From UHGV virus genome UHGV-0186543: a stretch of 46,602 bases of DNA; one strand, written 5' to 3'. Shown here piece after piece: positions 7,431-15,056 of this stretch. The notes under the pieces were generated by a model that was not told the origin of the DNA, searched no databases, and saw nothing but the letters and a program-made list of their open reading frames with translations. Positions within the stretch are counted from its first letter, which is position 1. Every line of letters starts with the position of its first letter. This DNA is from a virus. Position numbers and translations under genes: made by a program.

Positions 7431-7751
7431 ATGGAAGCGCGCACCATCCCAGTAACACTCTTTATTAATTATGCAACTTCAACTTTCAGCCACGAAAAGC
7501 TGCTTGTTGCGACTGTTGATATGTCAAAAAATTTTCCAGACAGGTACATCCTTCTGGAAAGCCGCGAAATTGAAATTACCGTCAACCAGCCCCAGCCAAT
7601 CGACATCATCGGTTTACAGGTCGAGCAACTGCGTGAACAAAAACAGAAAACAGTCGCCGAAGCCCAACAGCGTATTGCTGCTATCGATGACAAAATCCAG
7701 CAGTTACTTTGCATCGAATACACGCCAGATACTGATGAAATCCCCTACTAA
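7431..7751 (+). CDS. hypothetical early-left protein (106 aa)
   Basis: ATG with AAGGAG 7 nt upstream. C-terminal coiled-coil-like segment. First gene after the long leader. Confidence 0.6.
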   Translation: MEARTIPVTLFINYATSTFSHEKLLVATVDMSKNFPDRYILLESREIEITVNQPQPIDIIGLQVEQLREQKQKTVAEAQQRIAAIDDKIQQLLCIEYTPDTDEIPY

Positions 7752-7781
7752 AGACCACTGACCTGTAATGAGGAAAGACCA

Positions 7782-9995
7782 ATGACCATTTTTAACGGCT
7801 TGTTAGAAGCGAAAAAAGGCGCGCTCAAAAACGGCGCGATCCCGGCGCTGGCCATCGCCATCGACGCCCCTAACAAAAAAGTTGCCGAGAACATCATCAT
7901 CGGCAAATTGTGGGAAGCCTACCCTGACCACGGCGACAACTATTTCAAACCTAAAATCTGGGAAGATGCCCCGGGCCAACCGCGCCCAGGCGTTGGTGAG
8001 TTTGATGAGACGTTCGCCACAGAACACAGTTTTGATGGCGAAAAATGGGTAGTTAACACCCCCGTTGTAGATAGCGGTTCAGCAGATATCGCACAGGTTA
8101 ACGACCTGATGAAACTGCCGGCTCGTGAACGATTCGCCGCCGTTCTGCTGTTCAGCCACGACGCCAACGAAGTCGACAGTGAATTGCTTGCGCAGACGCG
8201 TGAATACCTGGAGATGCTCGACAACAGTGATACTGACAGTGAGGATGAGGTTGACGCATTTAACCGCATCGTTCTTGATGCCATGGTGGCGTGTAAGCCC
8301 ATCGAGTACATGCATATTGCTGGATTGAATAATCTGGTACATGCAATTTTGGCAAGTTGCGATACCCAGGAACAAAACCCGACCAGTTGGACTATCTCCA
8401 AATTTATAAAAAAATGGGTAGAGAATCCCGGTAAACGCGATGAAATGCTGCCGGAGGTAAAACCAGAAACAGCATCCGCACGTCCTTACCAACAGACTCA
8501 CGCCACACTGGATCGTGAAATTGCCTGCGCCCTGTTACCCGTTGGCCCGGAAAAAATCACCCCCAGCGTCCTGAAAGCGGCAGACGAAATAATCAGCCAG
8601 GATCGGGAGGATTTTAAACGCTGGTCAATGGCCTTGCGCACAACGGATCAGATCCTTGCCTATGACCGCGCATCAGTATTCGGTGTTATTCAGAGCGCCC
8701 CCGCAAAAGACACGTACCACTTCCCACAATCCCTGCGCAGTCACATCGACAACTGGCTGCAAGCTAACGGGCAGCGTGATGCAAATGCTGTTGAAGAGAA
8801 GCCAAAGGAAGCAGCACCAAAGGATGATGTAAAAGTCACCAACCACGGCGGCGGACGATTCTCAATTGATGGGATGATGTCAGAAACACCCTCAAATCAT
8901 GGCGAAAAAAGCGAAGCTGCAAATGCTGGAGAACGTAGTTTGCAGCAGTTGCGTGAGCGGTTTGTCACGCCTCGCCATGTGTATGACGTACCTGAAAATA
9001 ACGCCGTCTCACAGAGGGAACCTACAGCTATTACCCCGGCAGAAGAGACTCCTCCACAAGAAAAACTTAGCGAGCAGGTAAAGGATCTGGTGCAGAACGT
9101 TGACGCGCTGGTTGAGCGGATCCATACCGAAGAGCACAAGCGGCAGAATGCAATCTCAGCTATCGAAACGGAGTTAAAGGACTCCGACGACACAGATAAC
9201 CTGGCATTGTGGAAGAACGTATTCAAAACCGATGAGCGCTTCACCAGTGCTTTCTCTCAGAACGGCGGCGGCACATCCATCAACGGCACTTATATAGCGA
9301 TGAAAGCGACTCGCGAATTTGGGCCGTTTGGTATTGGCTGGGGTGTAGAGGTGGTGGAAGAGCGTTTTGATAAAGGCGCACCGATAGTTCGCAAAAAACA
9401 GGTTGGTGAAAAAATAGAATGGGATCTGATTCAAGACGGTGTTGGCGGGTACCTATGTGAAATGCACCACACCATGAAAGTTAGAGTCTGGTACATATTG
9501 AATGGAGTGCGCGGTGAGTCCGAGGCTTACGGATGCACACCTTATATCTACGACACTAAATACGGACCAACAAGCGACGGCGAAGCGCCGAAGAAATCCT
9601 GGACGGATGCTGTTAAGAAAGCGCTATCCCCTCTCGGATTCAGCGCCGATATTTTCATGGGCCTGTACGACAATCCGGAATACCGCCAGAGGAATAAAGC
9701 TGAGTTTGATATCAAGAATGCCAGCGAGAATGCGGAAGATGCTACCCGTCTGCGTAAGGAACTGGATGAGAAGCTTATCAACGTTGCCAATACGCTGGCC
9801 TCCGCGGTAACCACTAACGAAGTAAACAAGGTATTTGGCCTCATCGCCCGCGAAGTGGATGTACACCGAAAAGCAGCAGAAGCCAAAGGCGATAAAGAAT
9901 ATTCATCGTATCTGGGATCGCGCCTGCGCCGTATCACCGACATCAAAACTGAACGCCTCGCCGCCCTCACCGCTGCACAGGAGCAAACCGCATGA
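7782..9995 (+). CDS. large protein with a C-terminal Rad52/Sak-type single-strand annealing domain
   Basis: 737 aa. The C-terminal part, YIAMKATREFGPFGIGWGVEV ... APKKSWTDAVKKALSPLGFSADIFMGLYDNPEY, follows the Rad52 pattern (YIEG..VI..AN..FG..GW ... KEAVTDGLKRALRSFG). The roughly 470-aa acidic N-terminal region is unassigned. Confidence 0.6.
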   Translation: MTIFNGLLEAKKGALKNGAIPALAIAIDAPNKKVAENIIIGKLWEAYPDHGDNYFKPKIWEDAPGQPRPGVGEFDETFATEHSFDGEKWVVNTPVVDSGSADIAQVNDLMKLPARERFAAVLLFSHDANEVDSELLAQTREYLEMLDNSDTDSEDEVDAFNRIVLDAMVACKPIEYMHIAGLNNLVHAILASCDTQEQNPTSWTISKFIKKWVENPGKRDEMLPEVKPETASARPYQQTHATLDREIACALLPVGPEKITPSVLKAADEIISQDREDFKRWSMALRTTDQILAYDRASVFGVIQSAPAKDTYHFPQSLRSHIDNWLQANGQRDANAVEEKPKEAAPKDDVKVTNHGGGRFSIDGMMSETPSNHGEKSEAANAGERSLQQLRERFVTPRHVYDVPENNAVSQREPTAITPAEETPPQEKLSEQVKDLVQNVDALVERIHTEEHKRQNAISAIETELKDSDDTDNLALWKNVFKTDERFTSAFSQNGGGTSINGTYIAMKATREFGPFGIGWGVEVVEERFDKGAPIVRKKQVGEKIEWDLIQDGVGGYLCEMHHTMKVRVWYILNGVRGESEAYGCTPYIYDTKYGPTSDGEAPKKSWTDAVKKALSPLGFSADIFMGLYDNPEYRQRNKAEFDIKNASENAEDATRLRKELDEKLINVANTLASAVTTNEVNKVFGLIAREVDVHRKAAEAKGDKEYSSYLGSRLRRITDIKTERLAALTAAQEQTA

Positions 9996-10561
9996 GCACC
10001 GCTATCGCTATTGCAAAAGAATATGCCAGCCTGATTGACCTGCTGGAAACCTCCGACGAACTGACGCCAGAGATGATCGCCGACACGCTTGAAGGTATGG
10101 AAGGAGAACTGGGAGACAAACTGGACGCCATGATGGTCATCTGCCGCAATTTACAGGGCAATGCCAATACCTGCGCTGAAGAAATGTCTCGCCTGGCTAC
10201 CCGTAAGACGTCCTTTGAAGACAAGGAAAAAGCAATCCGAAAGCATATGCTCGCCTGCATGCAAGCTGCTGGCCTGGATAAACTGAAAACCGCAAAAAAC
10301 ACATTTACTGATGCACAGGGGGCTATCTGGGTAATTATCGATAGCAAAGATAAGATCCCGGATGAGTATGAAGGCGTGTCACTTGTTGATGTAGAAACGG
10401 TTATTACACCAAACAAGCGAGCCATTAAAGAAGTGATTGAATCTGCGGAGGCGGTTGCCGCCGAAATACTGGCGCGTGGAGAAACACCACCAGCCGAGTT
10501 ATTAAACCCGGTACCAGGCGCACATCTGGAACGCGGCGAACGTTCACTGAGGGTACGCTAA
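9992..10561 (+). CDS. Gp157-family protein (Sipho_Gp157-like)
   Basis: 189 aa. The N-terminal YASLIDLLETSDELTPEMIADTLEGMEGELGDKLDAM and later IPDEY pattern are typical of this family. Overlaps the upstream stop. Confidence 0.6.
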   Translation: MSTAIAIAKEYASLIDLLETSDELTPEMIADTLEGMEGELGDKLDAMMVICRNLQGNANTCAEEMSRLATRKTSFEDKEKAIRKHMLACMQAAGLDKLKTAKNTFTDAQGAIWVIIDSKDKIPDEYEGVSLVDVETVITPNKRAIKEVIESAEAVAAEILARGETPPAELLNPVPGAHLERGERSLRVR

Positions 10562-10743
10562 TGCTTAAACTCACATTAAAGCGTGGTGACGCGGTTCACC
10601 TGGTACTTGCCGATGGAACCAACGGCATTATTGAAGCACGGAGCCGCTGCGAACTTGGGCTACACCTGCCAGAAAACATTAAGGTCACTCGGGAGAAATC
10701 GGCATTCCCCCCACCAGAACTGATTACGCCTAATCAGAAATAA
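10561..10743 (+). CDS. CsrA-like small RNA-binding protein (candidate)
   Basis: 60 aa. Ungapped alignment to E. coli CsrA as I recall it: ML.LT...G at the N-terminus and G...P...V.RE at positions 33-45, including the equivalent of the RNA-binding Arg44. TAATG start/stop coupling with the upstream gene. Confidence 0.45.
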   Translation: MLKLTLKRGDAVHLVLADGTNGIIEARSRCELGLHLPENIKVTREKSAFPPPELITPNQK

Positions 10744-10792
10744 AAACTCACCATCGCTAGCATTGCGATTCACCAGTAACCGGAGGATCACA

Positions 10793-11017
10793 ATGCTGCG
10801 ATGGCAACCGGGAGCAACTCTGCTCTCCGCATTTGATATCAAAATTGGCCGACTGTCGGCCAGCGTCAGGAAACAGGCTGTGACCGAGTCTGATATTGCC
10901 CGTGCCTGCAAGGCGGCAGATGACGCAATAAGCTACATAATGAGGAAAGACCATGAGAAGCGATCACGACATAATCACCAGAGAAGAAATGGTCGAGCTG
11001 ACGGGAAGCCCACTTAA
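10793..11017 (+). CDS. hypothetical protein (74 aa)
   Basis: ATG with GGAGG 7 nt upstream. The 3' end overlaps the xis-like ORF by 65 nt in another frame. Confidence 0.45.
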   Translation: MLRWQPGATLLSAFDIKIGRLSASVRKQAVTESDIARACKAADDAISYIMRKDHEKRSRHNHQRRNGRADGKPT

Positions 11018-11216
11018 ATCAAAGCAATGTGAGGCTCTTCGCCGGGCTGGAATTTTCTTCATGGAAAGGGCTGACGGGCACCCAAAAACAACCTGGGGCC
11101 ATTTCATGAACCCAATAAAATTTCGCAATTTACAGGAGGTGACGACGCGAAAAGATGATGAACCTGATTTTGGAGCAATATTTAATGGCCGGAAAGAGAA
11201 AGAACCCAGCAGATAA
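10953..11216 (+). CDS. excisionase-like protein (DUF4224-type)
   Basis: 87 aa. ITREEMVELTGSPLKSKQCEALRRAGIFFMERADGHP matches the DUF4224 pattern usually found just upstream of phage integrases. Leader TGAGGAAAGACC abuts the ATG. Confidence 0.65.
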   Translation: MRSDHDIITREEMVELTGSPLKSKQCEALRRAGIFFMERADGHPKTTWGHFMNPIKFRNLQEVTTRKDDEPDFGAIFNGRKEKEPSR

Positions 11217-12201
11217 CTGGATGCCGCCTCGTGTTTACCAGGGCAAAGCGGCCTACGAATTCAGGAATAAAGATAACAAAGCGATACGCCTGTGCGCATT
11301 GGATGCGCCACGATCAGCCGTATGGCTGGCATATGAAAAAGCGGTCGGTGACGAAAAAGAAAGAAATACTTTTCAGGCGCTCGCGGAACAATTCATGACC
11401 TCCCCTGATTTTATGGATTTGGCAGTCGAAACCAGGAAAGACTACACAAAATATTCCGGAAAAGTTCTGCCTGTCTTCGGGAAGATCGACCCGGATAAAA
11501 TCAAACCTGAACATATTCGGCGCTATATGGATCAACGCGGTTTATCAAGCCGAACTCAGGCAAACAGGGAAAAAAGCTTTATGTCCAGGGTATTCCGTTG
11601 GGGTTATGAACGAGGTTATGTCCAGAGGAATCCTTGTCAGGGAGTTAAGCAGTTTAAAGAGACAGCACGCGAACGTTATATTACGGATGAAGAATATCAG
11701 GCCGTTTATGAAGTATCTCCTGATGTTGTTCGCGTGGCAATGGAGATTGCCTACTTATGCGTGGCCAGACAGAGTGATGTACTTTCATTGCAGAAAGACC
11801 AGCTGTTCGATTCCGGGATCTACATTCGTCAGGGAAAAACCGGCGTTAAGCAAATCAAAGCCTGGTCGCCTCGTCTGCAGAAAGCGATAGCTCTGGCTCG
11901 TTCTCTGCCATTAAAACCGGGAATCAGTAGCCTGTTTGTGATTCATCAAACTACCGGAGGCAAGTACACCCGTGATGGTTTTAACTCTCGTTGGCGTGAT
12001 GTCAAAGCGGCAGCACAGGAAAAATATCCTCATCTGCAAATAGACTTCACATTTCATGATCTGAAAGCAAAAGGTATCTCTGATCTGGAAGGCAGCCTGG
12101 AAGAGAAGCAAGCAATTTCCGGGCATAAGAACCCACGACAGACAGCAGCATATGACCGAAAAGTTAAAGTAGTGCCCGTAGTTGGTGGCCAGAGAAAATG
12201 A
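11185..12201 (+). CDS. int: tyrosine site-specific integrase
   Basis: Start at ATG 11185 (MAGKRKNPADNWMPPRVYQGK). Catalytic-domain motifs ARQSDVLSL, HDLKAKG and GHKNPRQTAAYDR. Adjacent to the tRNA-derived att core. Confidence 0.9.
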   Translation: MAGKRKNPADNWMPPRVYQGKAAYEFRNKDNKAIRLCALDAPRSAVWLAYEKAVGDEKERNTFQALAEQFMTSPDFMDLAVETRKDYTKYSGKVLPVFGKIDPDKIKPEHIRRYMDQRGLSSRTQANREKSFMSRVFRWGYERGYVQRNPCQGVKQFKETARERYITDEEYQAVYEVSPDVVRVAMEIAYLCVARQSDVLSLQKDQLFDSGIYIRQGKTGVKQIKAWSPRLQKAIALARSLPLKPGISSLFVIHQTTGGKYTRDGFNSRWRDVKAAAQEKYPHLQIDFTFHDLKAKGISDLEGSLEEKQAISGHKNPRQTAAYDRKVKVVPVVGGQRK

Positions 12202-12261
12202 ATGATGATGCGTCCAGAGAAAAATCATCTTCGGACGCATCTTCGGAAATGAAAAAGAAGA

Positions 12262-12290
12262 TACAAAAAAACCACCCGAAGGTGGTTTCA
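12262..12290 (-). terminator. intrinsic terminator downstream of the tRNA-derived segment
   Basis: Minus strand: ACCACC-ttcg-GGTGGT followed by TTTTTTTG. Would terminate a tRNA gene reconstituted upon integration. Confidence 0.65.
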
Positions 12291-12331
12291 CGACACTGCT
12301 TATTGCTTTGATTTTATTCTTATCTTTCCCA

Positions 12332-12387
12332 TGGTACCCGGAGCGGGACTTGAACCCGCACAGCGCGAACGCCGAGGGATTTTAAAT
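12332..12387 (-). other. att core: 3'-terminal 56 nt of tRNA-Leu(UAA) (leuZ-type), partial tRNA only
   Basis: The reverse complement reads TTTAAAATCCCTCGGCGTTCGCGCTGTGCGGGTTCAAGTCCCGCTCCGGGTACCA. This is the anticodon loop through CCA of enterobacterial tRNA-Leu(UAA) as I recall it. The 5' half of the tRNA is absent. Confidence 0.8.
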
Positions 12388-12608
12388 TGTTCGTTTTGTG
12401 CAATAAATTCAAATGATTATGGTAAATTATCCGGACATAATGGTGCGTGTGAATATCAAATAATCATATAGTTATGACACGTCTTACTCATCATCTTCTG
12501 AAGGTTTTTGGCAAAAAATGGTGATGTTTTGCGCCTTGATGTGACCAAACAGTCAGGAGCAAAGTGAGGTAAAGGGGTATGAGAAAAACTCACATACCCC
12601 AACACAAA

Positions 12609-13028
12609 TTAAAACGCAGTTGGGTGAATGCCATATTCACCGTTTGATCCATACCCTATGCGATACATCAAAGTACGATCTGTTGTCACCTTGCCCGCCT
12701 GCTCACTCATACCACCGCCACATACCCCTTTAGGCCACGCGCTGAAGACATGATCACCAATCGTTGGGTATACAACGACTTTCTGAGCTGTACCTAAATC
12801 TGCCACCTCTTTACCATCAACATAAACACGGGAAAAGCACGCGCTTCCAAAGAACCCCGAGTCACGCTTGATGATCACCTCTCCCGTACCGTCTCGTTTT
12901 TCGAGTAACACGGTACTGATAATTTGTTTTTCAGGAACAGGAGTGGCTTGTTCATTTGAGACAGGTTTTGTAGCACAACCGACAAGAGCAAGCATAATCC
13001 CACAGGCAAGAGCATTTTTAACGACCAT
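12609..13028 (-). CDS. lipoprotein moron (139 aa)
   Basis: Signal peptide plus lipobox LALVGC. Lies between the last tail gene and att, with its own upstream spacer of about 165 bp. Confidence 0.75.
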   Translation of the reverse strand: MVVKNALACGIMLALVGCATKPVSNEQATPVPEKQIISTVLLEKRDGTGEVIIKRDSGFFGSACFSRVYVDGKEVADLGTAQKVVVYPTIGDHVFSAWPKGVCGGGMSEQAGKVTTDRTLMYRIGYGSNGEYGIHPTAF

Positions 13029-13194
13029 GTTTGAAAACTCCCAATATTAAAAAATGTCAGCATCTAACGATAACAACGTTCAGCACCAGAGACTCTTCGT
13101 TCTCCGGCTTACGCCTAAAAATATCGCAGGAGCCGTTTGCAGTCGACAGTCGTTAATACTAAATTCATACCCGCCACCGGCTCGCCGAGCCAAT

Positions 13195-14238
13195 TTACTC
13201 CAGAGACAGCCGAACCGAAAAGCCGTTTTCAGCAAGCGTCAGGCTCAGCGTGTTGATAGTCCAGTCCCGGTCCTCCTCGGTCCCGAATCCTTGAGTTGTG
13301 ACTTTGCATTCTGCTGTCAGCGACACTAAATCGAGCGTCGCTGGCGTCGTGTACGTCATAGAGAACTCTTTTTTAGCTGCACCGCCCTTAAGCCCTGGTG
13401 CAGCTTCTTTCGCTGCGTCGAGCGACGGCTCCACTGCTGGCCACTCGATTACAGGATCGCCGCCACTGCCTGTACGCAATTCTTTAATCTGCCCTGTTGC
13501 CGTATCGTGGTATTTGATCAGATACGTCGGCTCCGGATTTTCGCCACCGCCGCCACTATCACCGCTTTGTCCATTTCTCGAATAGCCCCAGCTGGAGTTA
13601 TCACGACGAGTTAGCGTGTAGTGCTGGAGCGGAGCACCGCTAACTGATTCGCCCGCGCCGCGCGGCAGAAATATCCAGTACCCTCCTGCGGGTTTGCTCA
13701 CCGCATCGAATCGTGTTGCTAGTCTCGACATCAGGTGCATATCTGACTCACCGACTTGATCGAGCTGCGTGATAATGTTGTCTGCAAACCGCTTTGATAC
13801 GCGAGGTTTTAGCCCGTTATCGCTCGCTATTGTTGCAACGATATTGCTGACAGTGACGTCGCTCCAGGAGCGAGTTTTTTTGCTCTGAACTGTCGGAGAG
13901 CCTTTTGATGCGTTCATCGGAGCTGCTTTTGCTGTGAAATCAACTACCCGGGGTTCACCGCCACTGCTCGCACCATCAACGATGTATACACCCTTATCAA
14001 TTATCTGATTACCGAAACCGAGCCCAATACTGATTTTTACTCCGCGGGCCGGAATTTTCAGAGTTTCAGAAACGATTGCTACGCGTAATTCGTCTGTCTG
14101 TTTACTCGAACCACCATAATCTGTGAGCGTGATATTGATCAAACCTTTTCTTATTTTATCCGTGATGTTTTCATTATCAGCAGATATATAAAAATTGGGC
14201 TTCCATGCTTCCACGCCAGTATTTACGTAATCACTCAT
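13195..14238 (-). CDS. tail protein D (P2 gpD / late control D family)
   Basis: 347 aa, last gene of the P2-like tail block after gpU and gpX. Call rests on size, position and general family resemblance. Confidence 0.7.
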   Translation of the reverse strand: MSDYVNTGVEAWKPNFYISADNENITDKIRKGLINITLTDYGGSSKQTDELRVAIVSETLKIPARGVKISIGLGFGNQIIDKGVYIVDGASSGGEPRVVDFTAKAAPMNASKGSPTVQSKKTRSWSDVTVSNIVATIASDNGLKPRVSKRFADNIITQLDQVGESDMHLMSRLATRFDAVSKPAGGYWIFLPRGAGESVSGAPLQHYTLTRRDNSSWGYSRNGQSGDSGGGGENPEPTYLIKYHDTATGQIKELRTGSGGDPVIEWPAVEPSLDAAKEAAPGLKGGAAKKEFSMTYTTPATLDLVSLTAECKVTTQGFGTEEDRDWTINTLSLTLAENGFSVRLSLE

Positions 14239-14241
14239 TCA

Positions 14242-14466
14242 TCAATCCCATAATTGCGTTTCTTTTTTAACCGGTTCGGGGTCGATTTCTGGTAAAACAA
14301 TTTTTTCTCCTGCACGAAACACGGCATACATATCCGTTACGCCGTAATTTAAAACCTGATATAACACGGTTTCTGTCGTTTTTGCTGTTCTCCCGTAGAC
14401 AGCAAGGCAGATCTGATCGAGACGGTCACCGTCCCGTGTAGTGTATGTAATCATTTGGGGCCCCAT
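14242..14466 (-). CDS. tail protein X (P2 gpX-like)
   Basis: 74 aa. ITYTTRDGDRLDQICLAVYG matches the gpX N-terminal pattern. Confidence 0.7.
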   Translation of the reverse strand: MGPQMITYTTRDGDRLDQICLAVYGRTAKTTETVLYQVLNYGVTDMYAVFRAGEKIVLPEIDPEPVKKETQLWD

Positions 14467-14485
14467 TAATTAAAAGGATTTCATA

Positions 14486-14620
14486 ATGAGAATTAATTTT
14501 AGTAGTCGGAGAGGTATTAGTATTTCGGCATCAAAAAAAATACCATCAGGTTGTTTTACATTTATGCTCGTAGTTTTTTTTATTATTTTTATACTTGTTA
14601 AGTGCTCTGATAGCGCTTGA
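14486..14620 (+). CDS. 44-aa hydrophobic peptide ORF, antisense to the tail operon (candidate)
   Basis: MRINFSSRRGISISASKKIPSGCFTFMLVVFFIIFILVKCSDSA. AAGGA 7 nt upstream of the ATG. Lies wholly in a 160-bp AT-rich spacer between gpU and gpX. Below the ORF-track cutoff. Confidence 0.35.
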   Translation: MRINFSSRRGISISASKKIPSGCFTFMLVVFFIIFILVKCSDSA

Positions 14621-14627
14621 TTTTGTA

Positions 14628-15056
14628 TTAATCTAGCGAAGCTCCATAATATTCGAGCGTGAGTGAAAAGTCCTGCGATTTTGGGGTTCCGCCCATCAGA
14701 AAACTGTTTTGCGTTTCTGTTAACTCCCTGATAACCCAGTACCCCTTCACCTCCCCGGTCCCCAGCACCAGTTGCTGGGGTTCTCCCGAGTTCCCCAGTG
14801 CCCGCAAATCTGTTAACAAGCCAATGCCACACCCATCAAGGAATAACGCGTTTATTTTCCCATCGATCGTGATTGTGGGGTTCGGTCGTCCGGTTATCTG
14901 CAATGCGTCGTTTTTCCCGAATCGTGTTTGCTGAGCCCAGCGCCAGGCGTCACTACGTTGCAGTTTGTTGTACGCTACTGTTGATATAGCAAAAATGAAA
15001 TCACCCACGCCCAGCATGATATCCTCAGCACCGTTTATCGCATCACTCATTGTCAC
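14628..15056 (-). CDS. tail protein U (P2 gpU-like)
   Basis: 142 aa. The C-terminal GGTPKSQDFSLTLEYYG resembles the P2 gpU end (DGTPRKIDFTLTLKRVDE). Follows the tape measure gene. Confidence 0.75.
   Translation of the reverse strand: MTMSDAINGAEDIMLGVGDFIFAISTVAYNKLQRSDAWRWAQQTRFGKNDALQITGRPNPTITIDGKINALFLDGCGIGLLTDLRALGNSGEPQQLVLGTGEVKGYWVIRELTETQNSFLMGGTPKSQDFSLTLEYYGASLD

Noticed and set aside
6678-7468. ORF-track entries inside the PL leader (6678..6944 +, 6702..6884 -, 6788..7012 -, 7076..7300 -, 7179..7421 -, 7283..7468 +)
   Set aside because: They overlap one another on both strands, mostly start at non-ATG codons or lack any Shine-Dalgarno, and have low-complexity Pro/Arg/Gly-rich translations typical of GC-rich non-coding DNA. 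I treat the region as non-coding or decayed.
12332-12608. The tRNA fragment as a prophage-host junction, or a boundary between two tandem different prophages
   Set aside because: Sequence to the right is the end of a tail operon, not cysT/glyW-type host context. The left part lacks Q, lysis and virion genes, and the right part lacks immunity, replication and int. Together they form exactly one phage, so a single genome in attP permutation is more parsimonious.
14470-14832. 120-aa minus-strand ORF overlapping the gpU analogue and the AT-rich spacer
   Set aside because: It is out of frame with, and largely inside, the well-supported gpU-like gene. Its C-terminal part is a translation of AT-rich spacer (low-complexity Ile/Lys/Leu), and it has no RBS.
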